64,000 bases of DNA from Octopus sinensis (Eukaryota), in contig NC_043013.1 of assembly GCF_006345805.1 (NCBI RefSeq), positions 40,486,001-40,550,000 on the forward strand, written 5' to 3'. Shown here piece by piece: positions 1 through 13,045 of the stretch. The notes below the pieces were generated by a model that saw nothing but the letters and a program-made list of their open reading frames with translations, had not been told where the DNA came from and did no database searches. A program made the position numbers and the translations under genes. Numbering within the stretch: the first letter of the stretch is position 1; every line of letters starts with the position of its first letter.

Positions 1-1
1 T

Positions 2-169
2 GCGGAAAACGACTTCCAGGCCGGATTCCAAGAGTTGCAGAAACACTGGTACCGGTGTATTGCTGCGCAAGGTGACTATTTCAAAGGAGATTATTTAAAA
101 TTGATGTAAATAAGTTCTTTTTTGTTATTAAACATAACTAGTCCGTGAACTTTTTGATAGAACCTCATA
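2..169 (+). mobile_element. Mariner transposon 3' end (transposase C-terminus and right TIR)
   Basis: Frame from nt 2 reads AENDFQAGFQELQKHWYRCIAAQGDYFKGD..., stop at 107-109, matching the mariner C-terminal W.KCI..GDY motif; followed by TIR-like CTAGTCCGTGAACTTTTTGATAGAACCTCA and TA (168-169). Confidence 0.8.
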
Positions 170-269
170 TTAACTGATATAGGCCGTTTAAATTGCATAC
201 AGGGTATCTTTTCCTCCATACAAAGGTGCTACTCAGCATAGTTTCCATCTCAGCTGATGCATTTGCACT

Positions 270-720
270 TCGTTGGACTCCACTCTCGTATATCCTTTGA
301 AAAAATTCAGATGTGCATTGTGGCACTCACTTCTTTTCAGAAGTGGGTACAACATTCCCCACTTTCACCACCTCGGTGTCATCAAATCTCTCTCCTCGAA
401 GACTATTCTTCCTTGGACCAAAAAATTAGAAACCAGAGTGCGATAGATCCAGGCGGTACCACTGACCACCTCAATTCACCGATCGTCTGGTTTGTTGCCA
501 AAGATGAGTGTAGTTGCATATTTTCATGGTGAATGTGTACCGTTTTCAAATTCTTGTTCGCTTTTTTCCCCCACTTCTATTGGCTTCTCTAAGCTTTTTG
601 TACCGCTCGCTGTTCACGGTATGGACACGTTCCAGAAAATCATGAAGAATAATCCCTTGTCATCTCCTAAACAATTATCACGACTTTCTATGCCGATCAC
701 TGGCTCTTTAACTCCTTAGG
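270..720 (-). pseudogene. Degenerate mariner transposase fragment (catalytic domain)
   Basis: Frameshifted minus-strand translation gives DDKGLFFMIF..VHTVNSERY..LREA and a decayed HPPYSPDLAP region followed by GPRKNSLRGERFDDTEVVK. Confidence 0.65.
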
Positions 721-916
721 GTTTTGAGAAGAGTTGTGGTACACGCATATAATCACACACATATATCACTACTTTTTGCAGTTTCAAGCTTTCAAAATTT
801 CCTCCACAAGTCATTAGTCTACAATAGCCTGTTGGCTGTCAACTGACCATTGTAGAAAACGCTTTGTGGTTTAGAATCAAACTTAATTAGCTACACAGCC
901 ATGCATTCGCCCTCGC

Positions 917-1323
917 CTGTGGTTCTCAGTCATTTTCTCCTTTTTCCTTTTACTTTTGGACCCCTTTGGTTACTATTTTATTCTGGTGGACCCCATTGCC
1001 ATACAATATTTAAAAACTAGTGTTATCGATACTTATTTCGCAATTCCAAATTTGTTTTTCACCCATTCACTTGTGTAGCTTTGCAATAGTATTCTCAGTG
1101 GCCAAAAACATGTTGAACTATGTACTTGTAAAACATTCAAGAAAGAAAAGTACTGTTTTTATTTATTAGATGTATTTATTTTTGCTTTAGATGTTATTTA
1201 ACGCAATAAATTCATCTAAAACAAAAATTCATAGATCCTTAAAACACGATTGAGGATCCCTAATTTACCTGAGTGGACACTCAAAAATCTTATATGAATC
1301 ATGGACCCGGTTGAGAACTACTG
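917..1323. mobile_element. hAT-like MITE (CAGTGGTTCTCAACC-type termini)
   Basis: Left CTGTGGTTCTCAG, right GGTTGAGAACTACTG; internal GGACCC motifs shared with 2094-2677 and 7080-7214. Confidence 0.55.
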
Positions 1324-2093
1324 GTCCTGAGTAATAGCAATAAATGTATTTACACATTTGATAGACTGGCATATATATATTAACAGCAAGATATCTTTTT
1401 CCTAATTTCTATCATAATATTCATTTCTAACAAAGCACAAAACCGGGAATTTGAAGGGAGAGAAACAGTTGATAGAGTATTTGATTAGTACATCACTTTT
1501 TTGATACAGGAGAGGATTTGAACGCAGAACGTAAAGGCACGTTGCTAAATGCTTCATTGCTTTCTGTCCGATGCGCTATTGATTCTACAGTAATAGACAT
1601 CTTAATATTGCACTCTATTTCCTTTCCACTATGCGAGGATATAACACACAAAGAGACACACAGACAACGATAAATATTTATCTGGATCTTGTTAAATTTC
1701 TTCAAATCATTTTAAGTATATCAAGTTTTCACCAGATTATTTTCAAAAAATGTAGTTTTGCATCCTATGACGAAAATCGCATTCATTTTTACCTTTCTAG
1801 AAATCAGTACATTATTGCAGAAAATTTAAAGAAAACCTCACGAAAAATCGATACTTTAAGTGGTTGGAAGAAATTTAACAATTCTTTTGACTGTTTCTGA
1901 ATTTAACCCTAATTCATATCTGATTAAGCAAACTTGTGATCATAGCGTTCCATCCATAACCATTCTACTCAGTTTTTAGACAATGTACCTAGGACTACAT
2001 CATTCTCCTTGTTGAAGTCAGTTATGTGTAGTTTTTAATGAATGTGATTACTTTTTTTCTAGTAGGTCAAGCGAATGCGTAGAGGCTCTAGTC

Positions 2094-2677
2094 CAGTGAT
2101 TCTCAACCAGGTTTTGCTTATGGACCCTTTGATTGATGTTTTATTCTGTAGGTAGGACCCTCTTAACGATTCAATGTCGAGAAATTCTTGTTATATTTTT
2201 TATGACTAAATATTATTAGGAACTGCAGAAAAAATTGTTAAAATATTTTGTGTATTGTAGAAGTAGAACCAGGCGCAGAGTAGCTGTGTGGTGACGCAGG
2301 AGTGGCTGAGTGGTAAGAAGCTTACTTCCCAACAACATAGTTTCGGGTTCAGTTACACTGCATGGCACCTTGGGCAAGTGTCTTCTACTATAGCCACGGG
2401 TCGACCAAAGCCTTGTGAATGGGTTTGGTAGACGGAAACTGAAAGAAGCCCGTCGTATATATGCGTGTGTGTGTGTCCTTGTGTCTGTCTGTCCCCACAT
2501 CACCGCTTGACAACCGGTGCTGGTGTGTTTACGTCTCTGTAACTTAGCGGTTCAGCAAGATAGAATAATTACTAGGCTTAAAAATATAAGTCCTGTAGTC
2601 GATTTGCTCGACTAAAACAAAATCTTATATGGACCCCCACCACCAAGGGCCATATGAACCTCGGTTGAGAACCAGGG
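2094..2677. mobile_element. hAT-like MITE interrupted by a family A SINE
   Basis: Left CAGTGATTCTCAACC, right GGTTGAGAACCAGGG; sequence either side of the SINE (2271-2615) matches the uninterrupted partial copy at 7080-7214. Confidence 0.6.
2271..2615 (+). mobile_element. tRNA-derived SINE, family A
   Basis: Head GCAGGAGTGGCTGAGTGGTAAG (A-box-like) and GGGTTCAGTTAC (B-box-like); body CACCTTGGGCAAGTGTCTTCTACTATAGC...GTAGACGGAAACTGAAAGAAGCCCGTCG recurs about 10 times in the window. Confidence 0.85.
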
Positions 2678-2860
2678 ATCTTGTTGAATAGTTAGCCGTG
2701 ACAGTCTTAAATGATGAACAGTTTTGTTGGATTCAGTTGGGTGAGAAAGGAAGTTGTAATGTTTGTTCTTTTTCTCAGGATATTATCGATTAACAGCCAA
2801 TGTAAATAGAACTAGATTCTCCAGAAATCGAACTTCATTCACAGATTCGGTTTCGCTGAA

Positions 2861-3258
2861 AGGCGGCGAGCTGGCAGAAACGTTAGCTCGCCGGGCGAAA
2901 TGCTTTGTGATATTTCGTCCGCCGCTACGTTCTGAGTTCAAATCCCACCGAGATCGACTTTGCCTTTCATCCTTTCGGGGTCGATAAATTAAGTACCAGT
3001 TACGCACTGGGGTCAATGTAATCGACTCAATCCGTTTGTATGTCCTTGTTTGTCCTCTCTGTGTTTAGCCCCTTGTGGGTAGTAAAGAAATAGAAATAGG
3101 TATTTCGTCTGACTTTACGTTCTGAGTTCAAATTCCGCCGAGGTCGACTTTACCCTTCATCTTTTCGGGATCGATAAATTAAGTACCAGTTGCATACTAA
3201 GGTCGATCTAATCGACTAGCCCCCTCCCCAACAATTTCGGGCCCTGTGCCTAGAGTAG
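2861..3258 (+). mobile_element. SINE family B, dimeric form
   Basis: AAGGCGGCGAGCTGGCAGAAACGTTAG head; the GTTCTGAGTTCAAAT...GTCGACTTTGCCTTTCATCCTTTCGGGGTCGATAAATTAAGTACCAG unit occurs twice, as at 50321-50718. Confidence 0.85.
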
Positions 3259-3709
3259 AAAAGATTCGGTTTTGCTGAATCATATCTCTTACTATATATT
3301 GCAGCAATCGTCAATATTAACCTTAGCAATAAAATAATACCACTCTAGAGTGAAACGATTTATATTTTAATTTAATTTAGTAATTAGTAATTAGAATGTG
3401 ACCACCTAATCAAGTTAATTATCTCTATAATCATCTAAGTGGGGAATAAAAATTAATGTAGTAAGCTTGACACCGATCGTCATCGATTTAGATGTGATTA
3501 AAGATTAATAATTCTTTATGATTCTTTAACGAATTATATATTTTTAATAATTCTTTAAAAACTTGTAATTCCTCAAAGAATTACAATTTATCACTTTCAT
3601 GATTACCTCTTTTTTTTTACAGTCGTCATTACAACCTTACCATTCATCCTTACTAGTTTAACAATATATCCTTCCATACAGCCATCACCGCCGTTATCAT
3701 ATTGTTTAA

Positions 3710-3925
3710 CCTTTTAACATTCAGATTATCAAATGTAATACTTATTTATTCACATTGTTTCGAATTTATCCTGCATTATGCTTGCAGCTTCAAGATTTCA
3801 TCGATGTGATTGATTATTTTTAGAATCACATTGCAAGGTAGGTGTGAGAGGCTGGATCTGGCCAGTATGAGCATAAAACATGTAGAATATTTAGGCCAGA
3901 TATAGCTGGTTTAAACTGTAAAGGG
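3710..3925. mobile_element. piggyBac-like MITE with TTAA TSD
   Basis: TTAA (3706-3709) + CCTTTTAACA ... TGTAAAGGG + TTAA (3926-3929). Confidence 0.7.
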
Positions 3926-4264
3926 TTAAATATATCTTCGAAACTAACATTCTTGAAATAAAAGTCATTATCATCACTCTACCAAAATTACAGCTATCGC
4001 TGTAGCAATCAATATTTTTTCCTTAACAATCAAATTATTTTCATAACATTCCTAAACAATATTATGATCTTAGAGATCATTATAGATTTCTTTTTATTAA
4101 TTACTAATTAATCATTTAATTACTAATATTGTTTCAAGTTTTGACATAGGGACAATAATTTTAAGAGGAGTGGGTTAGTCGATTTCATCGACTTCAATAC
4201 TTGACTGTTTTCACTTCCTCAGTAATTAAATTATCAAGAACTATTATTAGCTATACACTCTGGC

Positions 4265-4830
4265 TGAATCGTTAGCACGCCGGGCGAAATGCTTAGCAGT
4301 GAGTTCAAATTCAACCGAGATCGACTTTGCCTTCCATTCTTTCATGATCGATAAATTAAGTACCAGTCAAGTACTGGGGTCGATGTAATCGACTAACCTC
4401 TCCCCACAAACTCCAGGCCTTGTGCCTGTAGTAGAAAGGATTATTAACTACACGTTCATTAATACAAGGCGGCGTGCTGGCAGACTCGTTGGCACACCAG
4501 ACAAAATGCTTAACAGAATTTTGTCCCGTTTTTATGTTTTGAGTTCAAATTCTGCCGTGGTCGACTTTGCCTTTCATCTTTTTCGGGGTCGATAAAATGA
4601 TATCCACCCATTACCTATTTTTCTATCTTCGATTGTATTGTTTATATAGATGGATTCGTATAGGAAACGTCGTAACTTACGGTGCTGCCTCTGAATTCTA
4701 TAGACAATCTGTAGAGATACACATAAAAAATTATATAGCTTATACATGTTGTAAGCACCAGTTGAGCACCGGGCTCGTCGTAATCGACTGGCCCCACCCC
4801 GAAATTGCTGGTCTTGTGTCAAAATTTGAA
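4265..4830 (+). mobile_element. Two tandem degenerate family B SINE copies
   Basis: GAGTTCAAATTC...TCGACTTTGCC...GATAAA..AGTACCAG core at about 4300 and about 4540. Confidence 0.7.
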
Positions 4831-5116
4831 GCCGATAGTTTGTGTATTATAAGCACAAGGCCAGAAATTAGGGCGGATGAAGGAGCAAGTTAAAAATTGT
4901 ATTGAATTTACTTATTCATTTAACTGCTTGACATGTAATCGCATTGTCATAATCATCATATTTAATTGCGTTAATTACATCAGTATAACCAGTGAACGTT
5001 ACTGTACTTATGTATTATATAGCTACTTAGCATGCAAGAGAATCATAAAAATGTGTGTGAGTAGCTTATTTTTAGTACACGTTCCTCCATGTCAGTAGAA
5101 TGATATATGCATGAAG

Positions 5117-5347
5117 AAGGCGGCGAGCTGGCAGAACCGTTAGCACGCCGGGCGAAATGCGTAGCTGTATTTCGTCTGCCGTAACGTTCTGAGTTCAAAT
5201 TCCGCCGAGGTCGACTTTGCCTTTCATCCTTTCGGGGTCGATAAATTAAGTACCAGTTACGCACTGGGGTCGATGTAATCGACTTAATCCGTTTGTCTGT
5301 CCTTGTTTGTCTCCTCTGTGTGTAGCCCCTTGTGGGTAATAAAAAAA
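5117..5347 (+). mobile_element. SINE family B, young monomer
   Basis: Near-identical to 6291-6521. Confidence 0.85.
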
Positions 5348-6206
5348 CGGATATATGCATGTAGGAATGTTTATGTGTATGGAGGTATGTATTTATGTAT
5401 GGTGCACGTATGCATATATATATATATATATTATATATATATATATAAGCATAGTGAGTGTTACATTCGCGATCGTGAGATCGCAGTTTCAATTCCTAGA
5501 CCGGGTGGTGCGTTGTGTTCTTGAGTAAAACGCTTTAACACCTGATGCGTGGTATACCGTGCACCTGTTCAGGCAACGTCGATTTTATGGGGAGAGAGAG
5601 GGGGGGAGAGTAAGAGAGTGAGCTAATCATGAACATTTGATTACTATAAACAAATCGGGTTGTTCAGCAAGAAATTGCTGAACCGTCTTTCTTTAATTAT
5701 GGGAGACCACCACTATCATTATCATCACCACCACCATCATTATAATCATCGTCTATGCACGCTTGTATGTACTTACGTATACCCGTGTCTATGCGCGTAT
5801 ATATCCCCCTTTCTTTTACTGGCCCCCCTTTTTACATCGTGTGTGTGTGTGTGTGTGTGTGTGCGTGTGTATATGTATATATACATGTTCACATACACAC
5901 ACACACACAGATACACAAACGCACACATACACACATATTCCTGGTTAGTTTTGTTGTTTGTGCTACTAAGCACTTATTCAACTCCATGTCTTGTCATTCT
6001 AACCAGTCACCAACTTTAAACATCCCGATCGCCCCCCCTCACCACCTCCACATCCATATCGACATTACACTTCATCTGTCTCGTCAGTCTCAGTTCAGTT
6101 ATTTACTTTTACACTTTATTACAATTATCCTCCCACTTCCAATCGTTATTTATTTTTTCAGTCGCCATCATCTTGGCTTCGTTTACCCCTTTCTCTTGCT
6201 CTCTTA

Positions 6207-6278
6207 TCCCAACTAGTTTAGTGGTAAGTATCCCCGCCTGGCACGCGGGAGACCGGGGTTTGATTCCACGCCGGGGAG
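6207..6278 (+). pseudogene. tRNA-Asp-derived pseudogene with anticodon changed to GGC
   Basis: TCCCAAC TA GTTT AGTGGTA AGTAT C CCCGC CTGGCAC GCGGG AGAC CGGGG TTTGATT CCACG CCGGGGA G aligns colinearly with metazoan tRNA-Asp(GTC). Anticodon stem is intact; acceptor stem has 3 mismatches, T-loop TTC is TTT, T-stem has 1 mismatch. Confidence 0.85.
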
Positions 6279-6290
6279 GCTCGTATTTAT

Positions 6291-6521
6291 AAGGCGGCGA
6301 GCTGGCAGAATCGTTAGCACGCCGGGCGAAATGCGTAGCCGTATTTCGTCTGCCGTTACGTTCTGGGTTCAAATTCCGCCGAGGTCAACTTTGCCTTTCA
6401 TCCTTTCGGGGTCGATAAATTAAGTACCAGTTACGCTCTGGGGTCGATGAAATCGACTTGATCCGTTTGTTTGTCCTTGTTTGTCCCCTCTGTGCTTAGC
6501 CACTTGTGGGTAGCAAAGAAA
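6291..6521 (+). mobile_element. SINE family B
   Basis: Full head and core; starts 13 nt after the tRNA-Asp relic. Confidence 0.85.
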
Positions 6522-7079
6522 TATATATTTATGATCAACATCATCCTGTTTGCCAAGAGCTGGTCTGTCTGACTGAAACCGTCGGATTCTCACTTCCCTA
6601 CGGCACTGGGGTTTTGAAACTCATCAAATACGTCCGTTAGCTACTTCACCAAAATAAACTGTCTAAATAGTTAAAAAACCCATGACCATAATACCGATTT
6701 CACCACTCCTCATTATAGCTTGAACTAATTTATTTCAACAAATTAACACCATTGGATTTACTAACAGAATTTATAGCATTTAATATTTTTATTAAGTTAT
6801 TTAGCAACACTGGAAAGGTAAAGGCTTTTTTTTCTTTTTGCATTAGTTCAGTCCGAGGGCAAGCGGATCTATTCAGTTTAGCTTTGGCAAGTCCTCGACA
6901 CCGGCGAGATTAAATTCGATGACGTTCCACTTTAAAAGTTTAAAGTTAATTGCCAATCTCCGTTCATTTCAACAATTTTTTTACCTATGAATCCCTTTGA
7001 TTTCTATTTCACTCGGGTGGGCCGTCATAGCTATTCGATGTCTAAAATGGAGACTCATTTGATTAAATATTATTGGGAA

Positions 7080-7214
7080 TTCTATAAAAAAAATTGTTTA
7101 AATATTTCGTATGCTGTCGAAATATAACCAGTTTATTGCACATAAATTTTAACAACAAAATCTTATATAGACCCCTCCCCCAAGAGCCATATGAATCCCG
7201 GTTGAAAACCGCTG
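7080..7214. mobile_element. hAT-like MITE, right half
   Basis: AACAAAATCTTATAT.GACCCC...CCATATGAA.C.CGGTTGAAAACCGCTG followed by ATCTAGAT; homologous to about 2615-2677. Confidence 0.55.
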
Positions 7215-8571
7215 ATCTAGATGTGTTCGTTTCTTTTTCTTCCAACTTATGGTATCATTTTTACCTGGTAAATAAGCAACTGTTGCCTTTAGATAAGGAT
7301 CTAGTATCAGAATCAATATAGCGGTATGGATAAAATTGTATATAGATGAAGACATATTGATTCAGAAATATGTACAATTAGACAATAATTCAAAAGTGTA
7401 TAATATTTTTTCTAGCATTGGCACAAGTCTTAAACATTTTCGGTAAGAGGCTTGTCGATTCAATCGACTCCACTATTGCATTGATACCTAATTCATAAAC
7501 CTCGAAAGGATTAAAGGCCAAGTTGACCTTGGCGTAATTTGAACTGAGAATGTAAAATCCGAAGAAATTACTATAAAGCATTTTCCCAACACTGCCACCC
7601 CAATAATTGCTTCAAATTTTGGTACTAGGCCAGCAGTTTTAGGGGAGAAGGTTAATCAACATTATCAACCTTAGTACTTGACCAACACTTTATTTTATTG
7701 ATCTGAAAGGTGGGATTTAAGCTCAGAAGATGAGCAGGAAGATAAGCCGCTAAACACTCTAACGATTCTGCTAGTTCGTCGTCTACTAATGATTTTTGAT
7801 TTAGGCGCAATGCCAGTAGTTTTAAGGAGAGTTGATATTGACCCCGAAAGGATGAAAGGTAAGGTTGACTTTAGTGGGATTTGAACTCAGAACCTTAAGA
7901 GCCAGAAAGAAAAACACTAAAGTATTTCTTCAAACGTTCTTACAATTCCGCTTCTCGTTCCCTTTTATAATAATAATTTCTTTATTAACCACAACGGCTC
8001 AAAGAGAGAAAATAAAATCCATTGTAAGGGATAGCATATATGATTTTTTTCTTTTAAATGACAATCGCTTCCGAGAAGAATGCTTTTTGTTCGAAGGCTT
8101 ACTTCAAGCACCAAAGGTGAAATACATTTTAAAGAAGTTGAAACTATTTTATGGGAAACTATTTCACCCGGAAATGTCATGGCTTGTGCACGTGAAGAAG
8201 CTCCTTCTGTGAGCGGTATTATATGAAATGTGCTGTTATTATATAAAATATGTTAAAATGTTATTATATGCACTTAAGACCTATCGCATATATTGAATGC
8301 ATTACTGGTGTCCTCGCCCAGTATAATAAAAGCTATCTTACATTGTCATATCAAATTCAAATTCATTCCTTTGATTTTTTTTTCTTGGCAAGTTTTTGAT
8401 GAAAATGACGAACGCTCTGAATGCAGAGACGCGATGATTATCAAAAGTTAATTGGTTTCATTACATAGTGACATTGTGTTAAATTTCCATATAAGCAACT
8501 TGATGAAAAGTTGGTTACCTCTAGGCGTTACGTAGATTACCACCTCTCAGAAGCAGCGTCTCACATAGAAC

Positions 8572-8957
8572 CTTTTACCTTTTACGTGTTTCAGTCATTG
8601 AACTTCGACCATGCTGGGGCACTACCTGAAGAGTTTAAATCGACCTCGGTACTTCTTTTTTTTATTTTTTTTTAAAGTTTGGTACTTATTCTACCGGTTT
8701 TATGTCGAACTGTTAAGTTATGGGAACGTGAACATACCAACACCCGTTGTCAAGTGGTGATGGTGGTGGGGTGGTAGGGAAAACACGCACACGCACGCAC
8801 ACGATATGTTTTCACATAGTATGTCAACTAAATTCACTCACAAGGCATTAGACGGCCAGGGACTATAGTAGAAGATACTTGTCCAAGGCATCACGCTATA
8901 GGATTGAACACTAAACCAGGCAGCTTGTAAAGCGAGTTTCTTAACCATGCTGCGCCT
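8572..8957 (-). mobile_element. SINE family A
   Basis: Reverse complement of the family A body and of the ...GACTGAAACAAGTAAAAG tail. Confidence 0.75.
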
Positions 8958-9264
8958 ATAAAGAATTTTATGCCTAAAAAGAAAAGAAAAGAGTAACCGA
9001 GATTATTAACGCAATTAGTAGAGAAAGCTTCCTCTTCGAGATGTTTAAAATCTAAAAGCTCTCCTACATCATAATAGTATCACTAATATCACTGAAGCCA
9101 TAAGGTTCCCTATCGAGGGCCAACTATAAGAATATTTTTTGTTACTATATATTTTGTGTTCTACGAGTTTGTAAATCAATTACACATTATTAAAATTTAT
9201 TTGTGACGGTCTTTATAAACTTTATATATTTATAGATTTTGTTGTATCTTGGGACGGTCATTTC

Positions 9265-10401
9265 GCCAATAATAATAACACACGCACTGGTTCAATATCA
9301 CTTTATTGTTGATCAATTGGTTAAATATCTAACCAACTAATTAATTGATCGTTTGTTTAATTTGTTGGTTAAACAACCAATCGATTGTTAGTCAAAATCC
9401 TTTCGCCTCTCTTCGCGACCATTTCAATGACTCACCCTCTTCCTTCAATGTCTGTTCTGGGTGAGACTCGGAGCAGGCCTTGTAGAGAGAGAACATGTCA
9501 TTAAGTGGAGGTCGCGAATAGCGACGAAAGGACTTTGACTAATAATCGATTGTGTGTCCAACCTGCACGGATCTTTTCTGTTTGGCTATATTTGTGGGAA
9601 TTTTGAAGTTTACTGAAAATTAAAAAAATTCGTGTATTGATGTAATTTTCCACGTTTCACTTTTTCTAGAAATGTTTAAAAAAAAAAGTTACAGAAGCTT
9701 AATGTTTGATCAGTTTTACCCAGTCAGAAAACGGGATTTGGAAGCTGTTATTTTGTGCGTGACAGCATGCGTTGTCAACTGTAAACAAATAAAATATTGG
9801 CAGAATTCTGTTTTAAGCACGCCATATAACCCCTCATAACTTTTTAATTTTTTTGAATTTTCAGATAAAATTTTGCGAATTTGTATTCTACACACCGGAA
9901 TTTATGCGATTATGCAAAACAAAAAAAAATAATAATGAAATTTTGTGCACGATTTACGACCTATTTAGCTGTTATTCTTAGCATATCACACGATCAGCTC
10001 ATATCGAATGAGTTTTAAGTATTTAATAAGCGACAAAAGGAACACGCCACAAGAACTTGGTAACAGCTTGGCTTGTTACTATGGAGACAAGCACCTAATA
10101 TGTCTGTGGATTTCGATTGGCTAAAATTACCCCAAATTTTCAAACTTTAAAAGCTATTGACTCTTTATTTATTGATTTATAGCGAAAATGAATTTCACGT
10201 CAATGATTACTTTAAAATACTACATTAACAGACCGAATATGAAATCCGTTGGAACGGAAATCGAAGAAACTGAAAAGTGGCAGCCAAACAGAAAAGATCC
10301 ACCAGCACATTAAGCAAACGATCGATTAGTTGGTTAGATGTTTAACGAATTGACCAACAATAAAGAAGTAATATTGAACCAGTGCGTATGTTATTATTGG
10401 C
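9265..10401. mobile_element. Non-autonomous DNA element with ~95-bp terminal inverted repeats
   Basis: GCCAATAATAATAACACACGCACTGGTTCAATAT...AACCAACTAAT...GATCGTTTG (9265 to about 9360) is the reverse complement of about 10311-10401; no TSD or coding region seen. Confidence 0.6.
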
Positions 10402-11248
10402 ACTACAAGATTTGTTTCAATACACGAATTCATATCAAGAATCTTGCAAGTTAAATACAAAAACGAAGTATCTATATATTATTCTTCGCTAATACACAAA
10501 TTAGGTTACTTTGAAATAATAATTTTTGTCAGGTTTAACAAGCGCTTTGTCTTTATGTGATACAGCTGCGATTAATATAGATTGCAAATAGTAAATTAGG
10601 GTTCCTTTTCATCTAATAGCGTCTTCCAAGGGGCTACAGTAGTAATTTGGGTTAAAAAGTGGGCAGTAAGCAAAGAAAAAGAAGAAGAAAAGTTAAGAAT
10701 CACTGGCTCAAAGTATCTCATACAAACTTAAAATTATCTATTTCTCCTCCCAGTTTCCCACCAGATTAAATATAAAAGCTTAAAGAATTTATAGTTAAGA
10801 GATACAGATATATTTGGAGGATGGAGACTGGAATTGTAGGATTACAGTAGAATGTGGTAATGAAGGGAGTCAGAAGATTAGAGATATCGAACTGAGAGGA
10901 AAGCAAAAACTGATAACATACGACAAGGAAAGTGGGCAGAGAGGATGAATATTGGAATAAACGGGAAAAGAAAGACATATATGCTGGGTTTTTTGTTTGT
11001 TTGTTTTTTAATCCCAGGTCAGGTTTGATCGAGCAGAATTAGGATCAACAGTGTTTCAGACGTGAGTGAGTGTGTGTGTGTGTGTGTGTATGTATGTCTG
11101 ATCTCCTCTAAGTTTCTTTTGAGTGCGGTCATAAAAACTCCTATGCTATATATATTACGGCTACCGCTTATTATTCCCATCTACCAGAGTAATTTTATGG
11201 GATGGTTATTAGCCTTGTGTCGCTATACCGTAGAATATAGTATCTGTT

Positions 11249-11280
<32 letters not shown>

Positions 11281-11282
<2 letters not shown>

Positions 11283-11504
11283 GTAATCCCTCGACCTCGA
11301 CTATCGCGTGTGTTACGTTCCAAAATCCGCCGTGATAGGTGAAAATCCGCGAAGTAGAAACAGTACTGTATATATATATTTTAAAAATTTTATGGTTTGT
11401 ATACATTTATTTTTATTATAAATGAAAAACAACACCACGGAAGAATTGACATAAGCTTAAATAATAAACCGCGATAGGTGAACTGCGATATGTCGAAGGA
11501 TTAC

Positions 11505-11506
<2 letters not shown>
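11281..11506. mobile_element. Tigger/pogo-like MITE
   Basis: AGTAATCCCTCGAC ... GTCGAAGGATTACTG termini; internal repeated CCGCGATAGGTGAA-like motifs. Confidence 0.65.
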
Positions 11507-11535
<29 letters not shown>

Positions 11536-11720
11536 GAGGAAAAATTCTATAAGAAAGGAACTCTAATCTCTCTTTTATATTTTGATAAGCATAACAAATG
11601 CGCAACCGGTAAAAAGAACTTTCACCTAATTAAATTACTTAAATTACTTCAATTATTTGTCAGCATTTTCTTCATTTCCTTTTTTATATATCACCACTCG
11701 TGTTCGACATCTCCTTTTTT

Positions 11721-11725
<5 letters not shown>

Positions 11726-11810
<85 letters not shown>
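11726..11810. repeat. (TA)n-(GA)n compound microsatellite
   Basis: Direct inspection. Confidence 0.95.
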
Positions 11811-11815
<5 letters not shown>

Positions 11816-12760
11816 GGTTTCCCAGTACGGTCAGAACCCAACTTGACTGGAACGAGTAAAACAGTAATAATAATAATTCTTTCCCCTATAAGCACAGGGC
11901 CAGAAATTTCTGGGGAGGAGCTAGTCGATTACTGTGACCCCAGTACTCAACTGGAACTTGTTTTATCGATCCCGAAAAAATGAAAAGCAAAGTCGACCTT
12001 GGAAGAATTCGAACTCAGAACGATTCTACCAGTTTGATGCCTTAATAAAAATATAAACGATAATAATGTGTGTGTGCGTGAGTGCTTGCGTGCGTACGTA
12101 CGTATGTGCGCGCGCGCACGTGTGTGTGTGTGTTAAAAATGGTGTTGGTCATATGAAGATTAAAAAGGGCAAGTTTAAAGATAAAAACTTCAGAATAGAA
12201 AACGTAGGAAATACGATCAATAAGCACATTACAAGATACGATAAGGAAGTGGGAGGATATTACTCACGAAACAGATAAAAGAACTTATAAAAGAATTTAT
12301 AAGAGCAAGAAAATTGAGAGAGAGAGAGAGGCGGGGGAGGTAGCAAGTAGGGAAGGGAAGCAGCAAGATGGTGTAGGGGACTTGACGCAACATATGTGCT
12401 TAAACGACTTTTTTTTTTTCTGACGGAAGTGACAATGTGGTAGGTTTTTTTTCTTTCGTAAGATACCGTGCTAATAGAAGTTTCTGCATTGAAAAAAAGG
12501 TCAGTAAAGTTAACCATGTTTCAGAAAATGGAGAAATTGTCAAGTGTCATTTATAACAGCAATGAAAATATGATTGATGAGGCATTAGAAATGTGATATG
12601 ATATGCTTACGGAGAATATAGGAGAAGCGATAAGACGAGTGACTGAGAAAATGAACAAGAAATTCGCATAAAAGTGAAAAAAAATTAAAAACGGCTCCCA
12701 ACTCAACAGGCAGATTGTATTAGCAGATTACGTAATTGTTATCCTAATTTATTGTGTGAA

Positions 12761-13045
12761 GGCGCGTGGCTAAATAGTTAGAGATATTCGGCTCACGATA
12801 GCAAGGTCGCGTATTCGATACCTTATGACGCGTTGTGTCTCTCGAGCAAGACGATTCATTTCAAGTTGTTTCCACTCAGCTGGTAAAAATGACTAATACC
12901 TGTATTTCAACGGGACCAGCCTTGTCAGATTGTGTGTCACGCTGAATCTCCCCGAGAACTACGTTAAGGGTACGGGTGTCTGTGGAGTGTTCAGCCACTT
13001 GCATGTTAATTTCACGAGAAAGCTGTTCCCTCGATCGGATCAAGG
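12761..13045 (+). mobile_element. tRNA-derived SINE, family C
   Basis: GGCGCGTGGCTAAATAGTTAG...GTATTCGATACC head; CCACTCAGCTGGTAAAAATGA and CAGCCTTGTCA...GCTGAATCTCCC.GAGAACTACGTTAAGGG body shared with 30975-31275. Confidence 0.8.

Noticed and set aside
5660-6216. ORFs with poly-His and HT/CV runs
   Set aside because: Translations of (CAT)n/(CAC)n and (CA)n/(TG)n microsatellites; no domain or splice support.
12080-12130. Alternating purine-pyrimidine run with (GC)n, a Z-DNA candidate
   Set aside because: Similar mixed microsatellites occur throughout the window; nothing distinguishes this one.
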